Shown here: positions 8,793 to 17,091 of the stretch, in pieces
Layout: each line of letters starts with the position of its first letter
How positions within the stretch are numbered: position 1 is the first letter of the stretch
Origin: a virus
Lineage: Duplodnaviria; Heunggongvirae; Uroviricota; Caudoviricetes
Virus record (IMG/VR): IMGVR_UViG_3300001528_000136
Span: 122,906 to 186,905 of that record
Length of the DNA: 64,000 nucleotides
Direction: 5' to 3' (one strand)
The notes under the pieces: model-generated
What the model saw: only the letters and a program-made list of their open reading frames with translations
What the model was told of the DNA's origin: nothing
Database searches by the model: none
Made by a program: the position numbers and the translations under genes

Positions 8793-8937
8793 GAGTCGTC
8801 GCTACTAACCCATGTGTACACAAGGCGATGCTGGACGCGTCCGGAATTTAACCAGCACCCGTTGTCGGGGTCGGGACAGAGCGGGATTTACTCGGACAGT
8901 TAGCTTTGACAAGCGATTACACGCACGGTTCTAATGT
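8793..8937 (-). ncRNA. GC-rich island, candidate structured RNA (3'UTR element) of unknown class
   Basis: About 145 nt with far higher GC than the flanks. It contains the palindrome GGACGCGTCC, the pair GCTGG...CCAGC, the repeats GTCGGG x2 and CTGTCC x2 (minus), and the hairpin CCCG-TTGT-CGGG. It lies between the gene 9056..9370 and the terminator hairpin at 8539..8576. The strand is assumed from the transcription direction. Confidence 0.3.
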
Positions 8938-9055
8938 TTATTATGTGCTAGAACTGATTCACAAAGAAGCACTAAGATTCATATACAATATATAAACTAA
9001 ATAACTTAAAATGCCAAATATAAATATGTTAATTTATCTAATTAGTTAAAATTGA

Positions 9056-9370
9056 TTACTTACGATATTTTTTAACAATATTCCACAAGTCATCTATAGT
9101 TTCAGTAGGTATTACATTATTATTCTCGTCGTAAGCTTGATTATCGGCTTCTCCTTCAAACAATGTAGGCTTCTCATAGAGCCACCAATTAATCCAATCT
9201 ATACCATCATCATCAAATAAATTAGTATAGGTAAGTTCGGACATTCTGGCAGAAATATCTCCTAATGGTAGATTAAATAAATCAATACCGAAGTCATACC
9301 ATCTATCTAATTCCTTATTAAAATCTAATACTGTCTTAATGACTTTAATAAATTGTTCTCTAGTAATCAT
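9056..9370 (-). CDS. hypothetical protein (104 aa)
   Basis: Intact ORF. No motif recognised. Confidence 0.3.
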   Translation of the reverse strand: MITREQFIKVIKTVLDFNKELDRWYDFGIDLFNLPLGDISARMSELTYTNLFDDDGIDWINWWLYEKPTLFEGEADNQAYDENNNVIPTETIDDLWNIVKKYRK

Positions 9371-9443
9371 ATTATTCCTATTTAAATAGGTTAATTAGTT
9401 AATCTAATTAATTAGGTAATCTATTAAATAAAAATTCTGGAGT

Positions 9444-9941
9444 TTACTTGACCCCAGAATGTCCATAACCACCTTCACCTCTTTCTGTTTCGTCAAGGGA
9501 TTTTACCAACTCAAAATCAGCTTGCTCTACTTTATAAAGTAGTCCCTGACCAACTCTATCACCTGTTTCAACTGTAAATGGTTCAAATCCATTATTCTGA
9601 ATTATTAATCCTATGTCTCCAGTATAATCAGAGTCAATTACTCCATATGAATTAGCCATAGTAATACCATTCTTCAAACCTATACCACTTCTAGTTACTA
9701 CTGCAAGCATATAACCTTCTGGAATTGACATATGTAAACCAGTTGGGATAAGTGCTCTACCACCAGGACATACAATTACCTTGTTAATTGTTCCATCTTC
9801 ATTATAACTAAGTACACAATTCCAAGTAAATTTCTCTTTTACTTTAGATACATCTGCTCTAAAATCAAATCCAGCAGATTTAGTTGTTGCATACTCAGGA
9901 AGTGCATTATTAGAATTATTAACTACAGGTACTTTAATCAT
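9444..9941 (-). CDS. dut: dUTP diphosphatase (dUTPase)
   Basis: Motif 1 KSAGFDFRA. Motif 3 GVIDSDYTGDIGLIIQN. Motif 5 ERGEGGYGHSG. Typical of a trimeric dUTPase. Confidence 0.85.
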   Translation of the reverse strand: MIKVPVVNNSNNALPEYATTKSAGFDFRADVSKVKEKFTWNCVLSYNEDGTINKVIVCPGGRALIPTGLHMSIPEGYMLAVVTRSGIGLKNGITMANSYGVIDSDYTGDIGLIIQNNGFEPFTVETGDRVGQGLLYKVEQADFELVKSLDETERGEGGYGHSGVK

Positions 9942-10233
9942 TACAATAACGGTTTAAAATTTCTTTGATATTATCTACAGTACAGTCATCTGATTCACTA
10001 TAAAAAGGAATAGTATGAGTATTATCTTTAAATAAAGCAAATGGTGTCATTCTAGCACTATATCCACCTTTAAGTTTATAGGCTTTCTTCTTCTCTTTAT
10101 AATGCCATTCGTTATAGGCATGAAAGATAAGATTAGGATAATCTGTAACTAGATTAGCTATTTTGCTTCTGAAATCTTCACAATCGTCATTAAATGTAAT
10201 CTCTAAAGTAGGTTCATTCAAATTATTAGTCAT
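9934..10233 (-). CDS. hypothetical protein (99 aa)
   Basis: Intact ORF overlapping dut by 8 nt. Confidence 0.3.
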   Translation of the reverse strand: MTNNLNEPTLEITFNDDCEDFRSKIANLVTDYPNLIFHAYNEWHYKEKKKAYKLKGGYSARMTPFALFKDNTHTIPFYSESDDCTVDNIKEILNRYCND

Positions 10234-10387
10234 TCAAACTTACTAATTATATCCCAAGCGATTGTATCTGGTGATTGCTTTAAATATTTATACTTAATAA
10301 ACATTTTGGCATATTCATAATCTGATATATTGGTATTATTCTCTAAAGTCCTAACTAATAGAGTATGATGAAGTTTATCAATTACTG

Positions 10388-10876
10388 CTATTTCCAAAAC
10401 TTACTAGTTACGTCTTTAAGTTGATTATTAACTACTGAATACATTCTCTGATTAGTATTGGGATTATTTAGTGGTCCTTTTTCTTCTATATAAGCTCCAA
10501 GCTTGATATAATCAAAATTAATAAGGTCAATGTCTTTACTTAATTCTTGCCTTCCACTATACCAACCAACTTTTATATCATATAAATCTTTAACAGCTTC
10601 AGCTAGTGTATTAACATATTTTGGTCCAGAATCTCCTCCCATAAAACCAACACATGTAATACCCTCATTTTTATCTATTAAAGCATATAAAGTTTCTAAA
10701 TATAGTGGTTCACCTATATCATTAACTAAATAAGAACTGTGACATCCAGAACACTTGCATGGACAATTAGATATATTAATACAAAGTGATATTTCATCAG
10801 GAAATTCACTAAATGTCACCATTGTATCTACATATTTAAGCATCCCAAATCTCTTTAAGTTCTTCCCATATAGCAT
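10388..10876 (-). CDS. nrdG: anaerobic ribonucleotide reductase activating protein (radical SAM)
   Basis: Cys cluster CINISNCPCKCSGCHSSY resembles the NrdG radical-SAM/Fe-S motif. It is 162 aa and lies in the same operon as nrdD. Confidence 0.65.
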   Translation of the reverse strand: MLYGKNLKRFGMLKYVDTMVTFSEFPDEISLCINISNCPCKCSGCHSSYLVNDIGEPLYLETLYALIDKNEGITCVGFMGGDSGPKYVNTLAEAVKDLYDIKVGWYSGRQELSKDIDLINFDYIKLGAYIEEKGPLNNPNTNQRMYSVVNNQLKDVTSKFWK

Positions 10877-11057
10877 CTATATCTTCTGAATCTACATCAT
10901 CAGAGTCTATGTGATATTTAGTATTTAAAAATTCTCTTATGTAATAGTCTAAATTATCACCAAACTCTTCTAAAGTAATATCTGGCTCATCAGTTTTAGT
11001 ATAACTAATTAAGTCATAAATATCAATGTCAATACATTCAGTATAATGAATCAGCAT
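10836..11057 (-). CDS. hypothetical acidic protein (73 aa)
   Basis: Intact ORF. Confidence 0.25.
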   Translation of the reverse strand: MLIHYTECIDIDIYDLISYTKTDEPDITLEEFGDNLDYYIREFLNTKYHIDSDDVDSEDIDAIWEELKEIWDA

Positions 11058-11281
11058 TTATTAAAACACCTTTTAAATAATTGTGCTTCTTGACCTTCTT
11101 TGAGTGAAAGCATTTCTATTCCAAAGGTCAATTTAATATATCTTCTTAAATAAGAATGCCAATCAGAACTTACTTTACTATTAAATTCAGATTCCTTTAT
11201 AGCTGGAGAAAATAAAGAATGTAACCAATTTATTAAATCAGTTATATCAATATCTAATACAATATCACAAGTTACTGTCAT
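11051..11281 (-). CDS. hypothetical protein (76 aa)
   Basis: Intact ORF overlapping its neighbours. Confidence 0.25.
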   Translation of the reverse strand: MTVTCDIVLDIDITDLINWLHSLFSPAIKESEFNSKVSSDWHSYLRRYIKLTFGIEMLSLKEGQEAQLFKRCFNKC

Positions 11282-11982
11282 AAATATTCTTTTACTTTCT
11301 TGGTAATAGTATCAAGTATAAATGCTTTAGCACAATCTAACATAGCATAATCCTTTTTAATTACTGGAGTAGTTCTACCTCCCCAAGTATGTCCAAATAT
11401 TTGATAATACCCAGGAATATGTTCTTCACATTGATAATCCTCTAGAGAGTTCCAAATACAAGAACCATATTTAAAATGACCACCTCTAGACCATGGAACT
11501 TCTTCAAGTATTACCCAATCTTTTATATTAATATTTAATAAACTATTCATTGTGAGATCATGACCTATTAACCAATTTAATGTGACTCCTGCATGACTAA
11601 ATAGGAATTTATTAGTTGGTTCTACTGTTCTATCCCATAGTTCATAAGTAACTTGAGGATGTAAAGAGTTAATTAACTCTTTAACTTCTATCTCATTAGT
11701 TCTATCATATCTACATTTTAAATTACCCGTATAATAGGAACAATCGTGATTACCTAGTAGACATATAGTAGAGTAGGGATGTTCTAATTCTCTTTGTTTT
11801 ACAAACTCAGATAATTCTCTTAAATTAACTAGGGAATCATGCTTGTTAGGTTCTCCTTTAATTTGCTCACCATAAGGGTCATGGTAATCTCCTAGAAATA
11901 TAATAGTATCTTTCCAATTCTTACACGGCTCTTTCCAGAAATCACGCCCATGCAAATCAGGAATTATTAGTACCTTGTTCAT
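11278..11982 (-). CDS. Ser/Thr-phosphatase-like metallophosphoesterase (lambda PPase-like)
   Basis: IIPDLHGR, IFLGDYHDPYGE (GDxxDRG-like) and LLGNHD motifs in a 234-aa protein. Confidence 0.7.
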   Translation of the reverse strand: MNKVLIIPDLHGRDFWKEPCKNWKDTIIFLGDYHDPYGEQIKGEPNKHDSLVNLRELSEFVKQRELEHPYSTICLLGNHDCSYYTGNLKCRYDRTNEIEVKELINSLHPQVTYELWDRTVEPTNKFLFSHAGVTLNWLIGHDLTMNSLLNINIKDWVILEEVPWSRGGHFKYGSCIWNSLEDYQCEEHIPGYYQIFGHTWGGRTTPVIKKDYAMLDCAKAFILDTITKKVKEYL

Positions 11983-12039
11983 TTATTAAATCCCCCTAAT
12001 TACCAGCTACATTTATAAATTTCTCGTATACAAGAGACA

Positions 12040-12306
12040 TCATAAATAATGCATTAAATTACTTTCTAGATATTCTCTAATTTGACATATAATTAAAACA
12101 ATACTTTTATTATCTAAATCTGGATAATAGTCCTCTAACCAACTTTCTGCCCATATATCCAGATTATCCATAATTAAAGTAAACTTATCTTCTTTACATT
12201 CACATTTGACATCAGTATCTCTAATTATGTCTTTTAGAAATGTCATAAGTTGGTCAGTATTAATGTCAAGAGCACAATATATTTCTTTATAATAACCTAC
12301 TACCAT
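12040..12306 (-). CDS. hypothetical protein (88 aa)
   Basis: Intact ORF. Confidence 0.3.
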   Translation of the reverse strand: MVVGYYKEIYCALDINTDQLMTFLKDIIRDTDVKCECKEDKFTLIMDNLDIWAESWLEDYYPDLDNKSIVLIICQIREYLESNLMHYL

Positions 12307-12308
12307 AA

Positions 12309-12719
12309 TTAAATAAGTGATTTAAATATTTTAACTATCTCTGATTTCTCAGCTGAAGGATATTTAGTTTGAATAGTCTCAATTACATATTTAGTATCTT
12401 TAATAGTTAATTGAGTTGTCTTAACTAAATTAGCTATACATGTATGAATCTGTTCTGTTGTAGGTTGTTTAGGAAGATACATTTTAATATATGTAATCTC
12501 ATTAGCTTCTTTAAATGCTAAATCATTTCTTCCTGCATCCTCATATATTTTAACAGCTTTCTCACGTTCTTTAATCATCTTTCTAAGTACTTCTACTTCC
12601 GTAATAGGTTTCTTAGAATGTTGATTCTCAATAAAAGCTGCCTTAATTAATTGACAAATCTCTAGTTCTGTTGTATTGCCATTTTTACGAGCCTCTGTAA
12701 TTAATTTATCAATGTCCAT
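12309..12719 (-). CDS. GatB/YqeY-domain protein
   Basis: C-terminal ...YEDAGRNDLAFKEANEITYIKMYLPKQ matches the YqeY/GatB_Yqey signature (RxDLaxkExxEi...yLPxq). Confidence 0.5.
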   Translation of the reverse strand: MDIDKLITEARKNGNTTELEICQLIKAAFIENQHSKKPITEVEVLRKMIKEREKAVKIYEDAGRNDLAFKEANEITYIKMYLPKQPTTEQIHTCIANLVKTTQLTIKDTKYVIETIQTKYPSAEKSEIVKIFKSLI

Positions 12720-12742
12720 AATTAAATAGTTTAGTTAATACT

Positions 12743-12946
12743 TTAGAGTCTTTCATCATTAACAATAATTTGTGAACCTATCATCCATTCACAATCTGAT
12801 AAATGATGTCCCATAGAATCTAACCAATCTTCTACTTCTTCCCCTGTCATTTGAAGTTTAGGTAATTTATAAATCCAAACTTCACCTGTTGCATAGTCTA
12901 ATAAGATTACTTCTTCCATTGTGGACTTATATTTAGTCATAGTCAT
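12743..12946 (-). CDS. hypothetical protein (67 aa)
   Basis: Intact ORF. Confidence 0.25.
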   Translation of the reverse strand: MTMTKYKSTMEEVILLDYATGEVWIYKLPKLQMTGEEVEDWLDSMGHHLSDCEWMIGSQIIVNDERL

Positions 12947-13142
12947 AATCTAGCATAGTAGTTAAATAGTTAATTGCTTGAAGCTCACCACTATGTAAAC
13001 TAAATATTCTATCTCCTATAGTTATATCCCAACCTTCTCCATTAGACCATTCAGTAACAGTTAAATAGTCTTTATCATTAAATGTAAATCCCTTTAAGGA
13101 AATATTTAGTGACTTTAATTTCTTTTTCTCTACTAATGACAT
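12933..13142 (-). CDS. hypothetical protein (69 aa)
   Basis: Intact ORF. Confidence 0.25.
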   Translation of the reverse strand: MSLVEKKKLKSLNISLKGFTFNDKDYLTVTEWSNGEGWDITIGDRIFSLHSGELQAINYLTTMLDYDYD

Positions 13143-13188
13143 ATAGAATAGATATGAAAAAAGGAGACCTTTTCGAGCCTCCTTATAG

Positions 13189-13440
13189 TTAGTTATCTAT
13201 GTAATCTTCTAAGTTATCTTCTATATAATCTAGAACCTCTTGATATGAATAATCGTCTAATTCATTCCATCCTATTGAATCTGCATGATTATTTATCCAT
13301 TCATAAAGCCAGGTTTCACCATCTTTAGTAGATACCCAATCAATTATTTCTTCTGCAGAAGCTCCTTCTATTTCTTTAATTAGGTCAGGAATTAGAGCTT
13401 TCTCATCAATAGTTATAGAAACTAATGCATCTAAATTCAT
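13189..13440 (-). CDS. hypothetical acidic protein (83 aa)
   Basis: Intact ORF. Confidence 0.25.
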   Translation of the reverse strand: MNLDALVSITIDEKALIPDLIKEIEGASAEEIIDWVSTKDGETWLYEWINNHADSIGWNELDDYSYQEVLDYIEDNLEDYIDN

Positions 13441-13442
13441 AT

Positions 13443-13697
13443 TTATTTATTTAATAGTTCGCGAATTTTATCAGCAGGAACGGCACCAACTAGTCTACCT
13501 ATCTCTACATTATCTTTTAAATAAATAAGAGTAGGCATACTTCTAATACCATATTTAAGTGTTTCTTGTTCATCTACTTCACAATCCACCTTAACTAATT
13601 TAATATTTGGAAATTCTTCCATTACTTTAGTTAAAGTAGGTGCAAGAGCTTTACATTGTGAACACCATTCCGCCTCAAATTTTAGCAATTTTTTCAT
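13443..13697 (-). CDS. thioredoxin-like redoxin (likely the RNR reductant)
   Basis: Active-site motif EAEWCSQCK (WCxxC). It is 84 aa and lies immediately downstream of nrdD. Confidence 0.7.
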   Translation of the reverse strand: MKKLLKFEAEWCSQCKALAPTLTKVMEEFPNIKLVKVDCEVDEQETLKYGIRSMPTLIYLKDNVEIGRLVGAVPADKIRELLNK

Positions 13698-13720
13698 TTA
13701 CTTATAAAATTATATTCTAA

Positions 13721-15880
13721 TTAAATATAATGACTATATATTCTAGTTTTTTGTTCAATCTGACGTGGGGATGACCAATTCTTAATCTTAGTTAAATACC
13801 CGATAATCCTGTCATATAAACTAACTGAAGTAGAGCCACACTTAGGACATTTCTTAAATGGTTGCTTAGCTATAAAACCGCAATCATCACATTCACAATT
13901 AGGTATATTAAATGTGAAATACTGACATCCATTTTCAGCAGCATAATGCAATAGTTTTCTATATTGTTCTACTGATAAATGATGATCTAGTCCAATATGA
14001 GCTGCACTTCCACCATCTAAACAATCATTAGCAAAGTTTTTACCATGCATATATAATTTATCTAATACAGATACTGTTGGGTCATTCGGTTTAAATATAT
14101 AACTAGCATAAAGATTAGTGTCTGTAGGTACACAATAACCATCTTCTTTATCCCAATTATAATTTTTAGCTGCTAGACTCTCGCTAGGAACACATTCAGT
14201 ATTAAATGCAAGTTTATGACTATTGAAGGTACTGTTAGCCTTACTATTAGATTCTTTTATAGTGCTGAATATTAATTTACAGAACTCTTTATACTCATCA
14301 TTTTTAGTACACTTAATTCCAAGAAATTCAGCAGCTTGATTTAAACCATTAATACCTATAGTTAAATATTGTTTATTTAAGTCAATAAATCCTGCTTTAT
14401 ATACAGGAAGTAATCCCGCATCATACATATCCCATAAGAGTTCATTATATGCTGTATGGTATTTATATACTCTGCTTAAGATATTTTCAATATAAGGGAT
14501 AAATATATCATCAAATTCTAACCCAGAGTTTTTATTAACTCCACTATCTTGGATTATTCTATTAAGATTAAGAGTTATAACAGATTTACTACCAGTTTGC
14601 ACTCCCATATTACCATTAGTGAAGCTAAACTCCTTAGTAGTAATCATATTCTTTAATCGACAACAAGAACTTAAGCTATCAACAGTATCTGATATGTAAG
14701 TAAAGAAACTATGACCTCTGGCATATTCTTGTGCTATAAACTCTGCCGATTCTTTATCCTCAAATTCTCCATTTTTATATACTAATGCAAACGATTCTAC
14801 AGGAAAAGTAAGTATACATCTCAGTCTTTCTGCATTAAACCATTGCATAAAGTCTTGCTGTAGCCAAGAGAGAGATTCCCATATTGGTTGAGTACCATCT
14901 GGAAAGTAAAAGTCACCAAACATACCTTCAAAGAAGGACTTATCAAAGTAAGAAAAATTTACAAACGCACTTTGGAGTCCTCTTGCCGCCGCAGGTTGAT
15001 TAATACTATAAATTACCTGTTGAAAATGTTGATGAATTTGTTGTTTTATAGTCTTAGTTTTATTACAATGGTCACTTGTAATAATTACGTCTGATTTTTG
15101 ATAATAATTATTACCCCATTCTTTTCTAGCAAAGTAATCAAAATAAAGAAGAAATTCAGAAGTAGCAACAGCCCCTGCAAACATAGCAGATGTAGCAAAT
15201 ATGAGATTTATATACATACCACAATAACTATCTAGATTCTTAGGAGCGGCACTAAGACCTCCTATTTGTTTAATACCATGTAACAAAAATGGATACATAG
15301 TCATACTAACACAATATGGGGCAATAGCACCAGCAAACGAACTTTCATCATGCTTATATATAGTATGATGCTTTAAATCATTTAGATAATTCTTTGCGTC
15401 AAAATCAGGAAAAAGTTCTCTTAATTTAGATACTATCATTCCACGACTGATTTCTATATTGTCTTCTTTATGTATCTCGGCATTCAAAATACCTATATTT
15501 TTAGAAGCCACATTACTATTATCATCAATAGTTGCATTAGCCGTATTTGAAGCATTCTTATAATTATCTATGTAGGCTCTTTTATTTTCAACGTATTCTC
15601 TAATAGACTTATGTTTAGACCTATAAATAATATAAGTTCTTAAAACATCTAGATAATCATAATCAGTTAAAGATTCTTCAATTTCATTTTGAATATCTTC
15701 GATGGTCATATTATCCCAGAACGTTATATTAGATACTATCTCTTGAATAGTAGAAGACATATCAGGATAGCCACAAGCTTCAAATGCTTTAGTTAAAGCC
15801 CTAAATATCTTATCTGCATTAAATTCTTCTTTAGTACCGTCTCTTTTAATTACTTGCATTAAATAATAGTTAATAGTCAA
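13721..15880 (-). CDS. nrdD: anaerobic (class III) ribonucleoside-triphosphate reductase
   Basis: N-terminal ATP cone (MQVIKRDGTKEEFNADKIFRAL). C-terminal Zn-ribbon CDDCG...CPKCGS. A glycyl-radical motif DRIIGYL sits near the C-terminus. 719 aa. Confidence 0.9.
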   Translation of the reverse strand: MTINYYLMQVIKRDGTKEEFNADKIFRALTKAFEACGYPDMSSTIQEIVSNITFWDNMTIEDIQNEIEESLTDYDYLDVLRTYIIYRSKHKSIREYVENKRAYIDNYKNASNTANATIDDNSNVASKNIGILNAEIHKEDNIEISRGMIVSKLRELFPDFDAKNYLNDLKHHTIYKHDESSFAGAIAPYCVSMTMYPFLLHGIKQIGGLSAAPKNLDSYCGMYINLIFATSAMFAGAVATSEFLLYFDYFARKEWGNNYYQKSDVIITSDHCNKTKTIKQQIHQHFQQVIYSINQPAAARGLQSAFVNFSYFDKSFFEGMFGDFYFPDGTQPIWESLSWLQQDFMQWFNAERLRCILTFPVESFALVYKNGEFEDKESAEFIAQEYARGHSFFTYISDTVDSLSSCCRLKNMITTKEFSFTNGNMGVQTGSKSVITLNLNRIIQDSGVNKNSGLEFDDIFIPYIENILSRVYKYHTAYNELLWDMYDAGLLPVYKAGFIDLNKQYLTIGINGLNQAAEFLGIKCTKNDEYKEFCKLIFSTIKESNSKANSTFNSHKLAFNTECVPSESLAAKNYNWDKEDGYCVPTDTNLYASYIFKPNDPTVSVLDKLYMHGKNFANDCLDGGSAAHIGLDHHLSVEQYRKLLHYAAENGCQYFTFNIPNCECDDCGFIAKQPFKKCPKCGSTSVSLYDRIIGYLTKIKNWSSPRQIEQKTRIYSHYI

Positions 15881-15919
15881 ATAGTGTATCTAGTTAAATA
15901 GTAATCTATTAATATAAAA

Positions 15920-16168
15920 TTATAATTCTACAAACTTGAAACTAGTTATATACTCATTATTTATAAGCATTTTAACTAATGTATCAAGATTTTCAGATTT
16001 ATAACTATATCCGACAATATCTATACTTATAGAAGCTACCCATTCACATCCATTATAAATGATGAAAAATCTAGGTTTATCTCCCACATAAGCAAAGATT
16101 AGCCCAGTTGTCTCTGGACTAATCTCTTTTAGATAAATATCGTTAGTATTTAATATGATGTTTCGCAT
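15920..16168 (-). CDS. hypothetical protein (82 aa), tandem paralog of the next ORF
   Basis: Shares the pattern GLI..Y...I.Y...SI...SE.NL..L...L.N.E.I.FK with 16150..16425. Confidence 0.35.
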   Translation of the reverse strand: MRNIILNTNDIYLKEISPETTGLIFAYVGDKPRFFIIYNGCEWVASISIDIVGYSYKSENLDTLVKMLINNEYITSFKFVEL

Positions 16169-16425
16169 TCAAATTCTAATAATTTAAATCTAATTGATTC
16201 ACTATTAGTTAATAGTTTATTAATTAAATCAATTAGATTATATTCAGAATAGTAATAGCTAGTGCTGTCTATTGAATCACAGAAAAACCATGTCTGATCC
16301 CCATAGTTAATATAACCGATTAGATCCTTATCATTATAAACAATAATTAGTCCTTTAGTATTCTCATTAATATTTACCAAATCTACTGAAGTATCAGTAG
16401 TTATAGGTAATACAATATTTTTCAT
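16150..16425 (-). CDS. hypothetical protein (about 91 aa), tandem paralog of 15920..16168
   Basis: The ORF track extends the frame to 16590, overlapping the upstream gene. The likely true start is the internal MKNIVLP at about 16425. Confidence 0.3.
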   Translation of the reverse strand: MKNIVLPITTDTSVDLVNINENTKGLIIVYNDKDLIGYINYGDQTWFFCDSIDSTSYYYSEYNLIDLINKLLTNSESIRFKLLEFECETSY

Positions 16426-16435
16426 AATTAAATAG

Positions 16436-17059
16436 TTACTTAAGTGTTTCCAAGAACTCATCAACATCAGGATATTCTTCATCATAAAGAACGTCATCAA
16501 TCTTGAACTCCTTAATTTTAAAATCAGGTCTACCATTTTCATGCCAATATTTTTCCACATGTTCAGCACTACTATTAGGACTACCAACACCTAGAGCCAT
16601 TGTCATATCGAATTGATTCACTTCTCTAGAATGACCACTATAAAAATCTCTGCACTTTTTGATATTAGTTATACACAAATCAACAATGCTCTTACCTACA
16701 AGCCCATTACCAATAAGAGTTTTTAGTGGTGGAACCTTTTTATAATCCCTGTAAGCTGGTCTATCTTTAGTTGCAGGCTTATAATCATCCTCTAAACCTC
16801 CTTTAATTAAATAGTCAATAAGAGTATCAAAAGTATCATTCCAATCATCTACAACACCATAAGCAATTTTAAAAGAGTCTCTTAAATAAATGAAATTCTC
16901 TTGTGACAAATAATGTCTTCTATAAAGAGGATCTTCTTCAGAATCTTTAAAGCCGCTTGTAATTAGTTTATCTATATCTATTGATGGTTGTGCCCATCTA
17001 TACATGTCTGCTAAACATTCATGTATTGCTTTACCAAGAACATCATTTCTTGTTAACAT
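16436..17059 (-). CDS. hypothetical protein (207 aa)
   Basis: Intact ORF. No motif recognised. Confidence 0.35.
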   Translation of the reverse strand: MLTRNDVLGKAIHECLADMYRWAQPSIDIDKLITSGFKDSEEDPLYRRHYLSQENFIYLRDSFKIAYGVVDDWNDTFDTLIDYLIKGGLEDDYKPATKDRPAYRDYKKVPPLKTLIGNGLVGKSIVDLCITNIKKCRDFYSGHSREVNQFDMTMALGVGSPNSSAEHVEKYWHENGRPDFKIKEFKIDDVLYDEEYPDVDEFLETLK

Positions 17060-17091
17060 ATTTTTCTAATTAATTGGTTATTGTATTTAAT

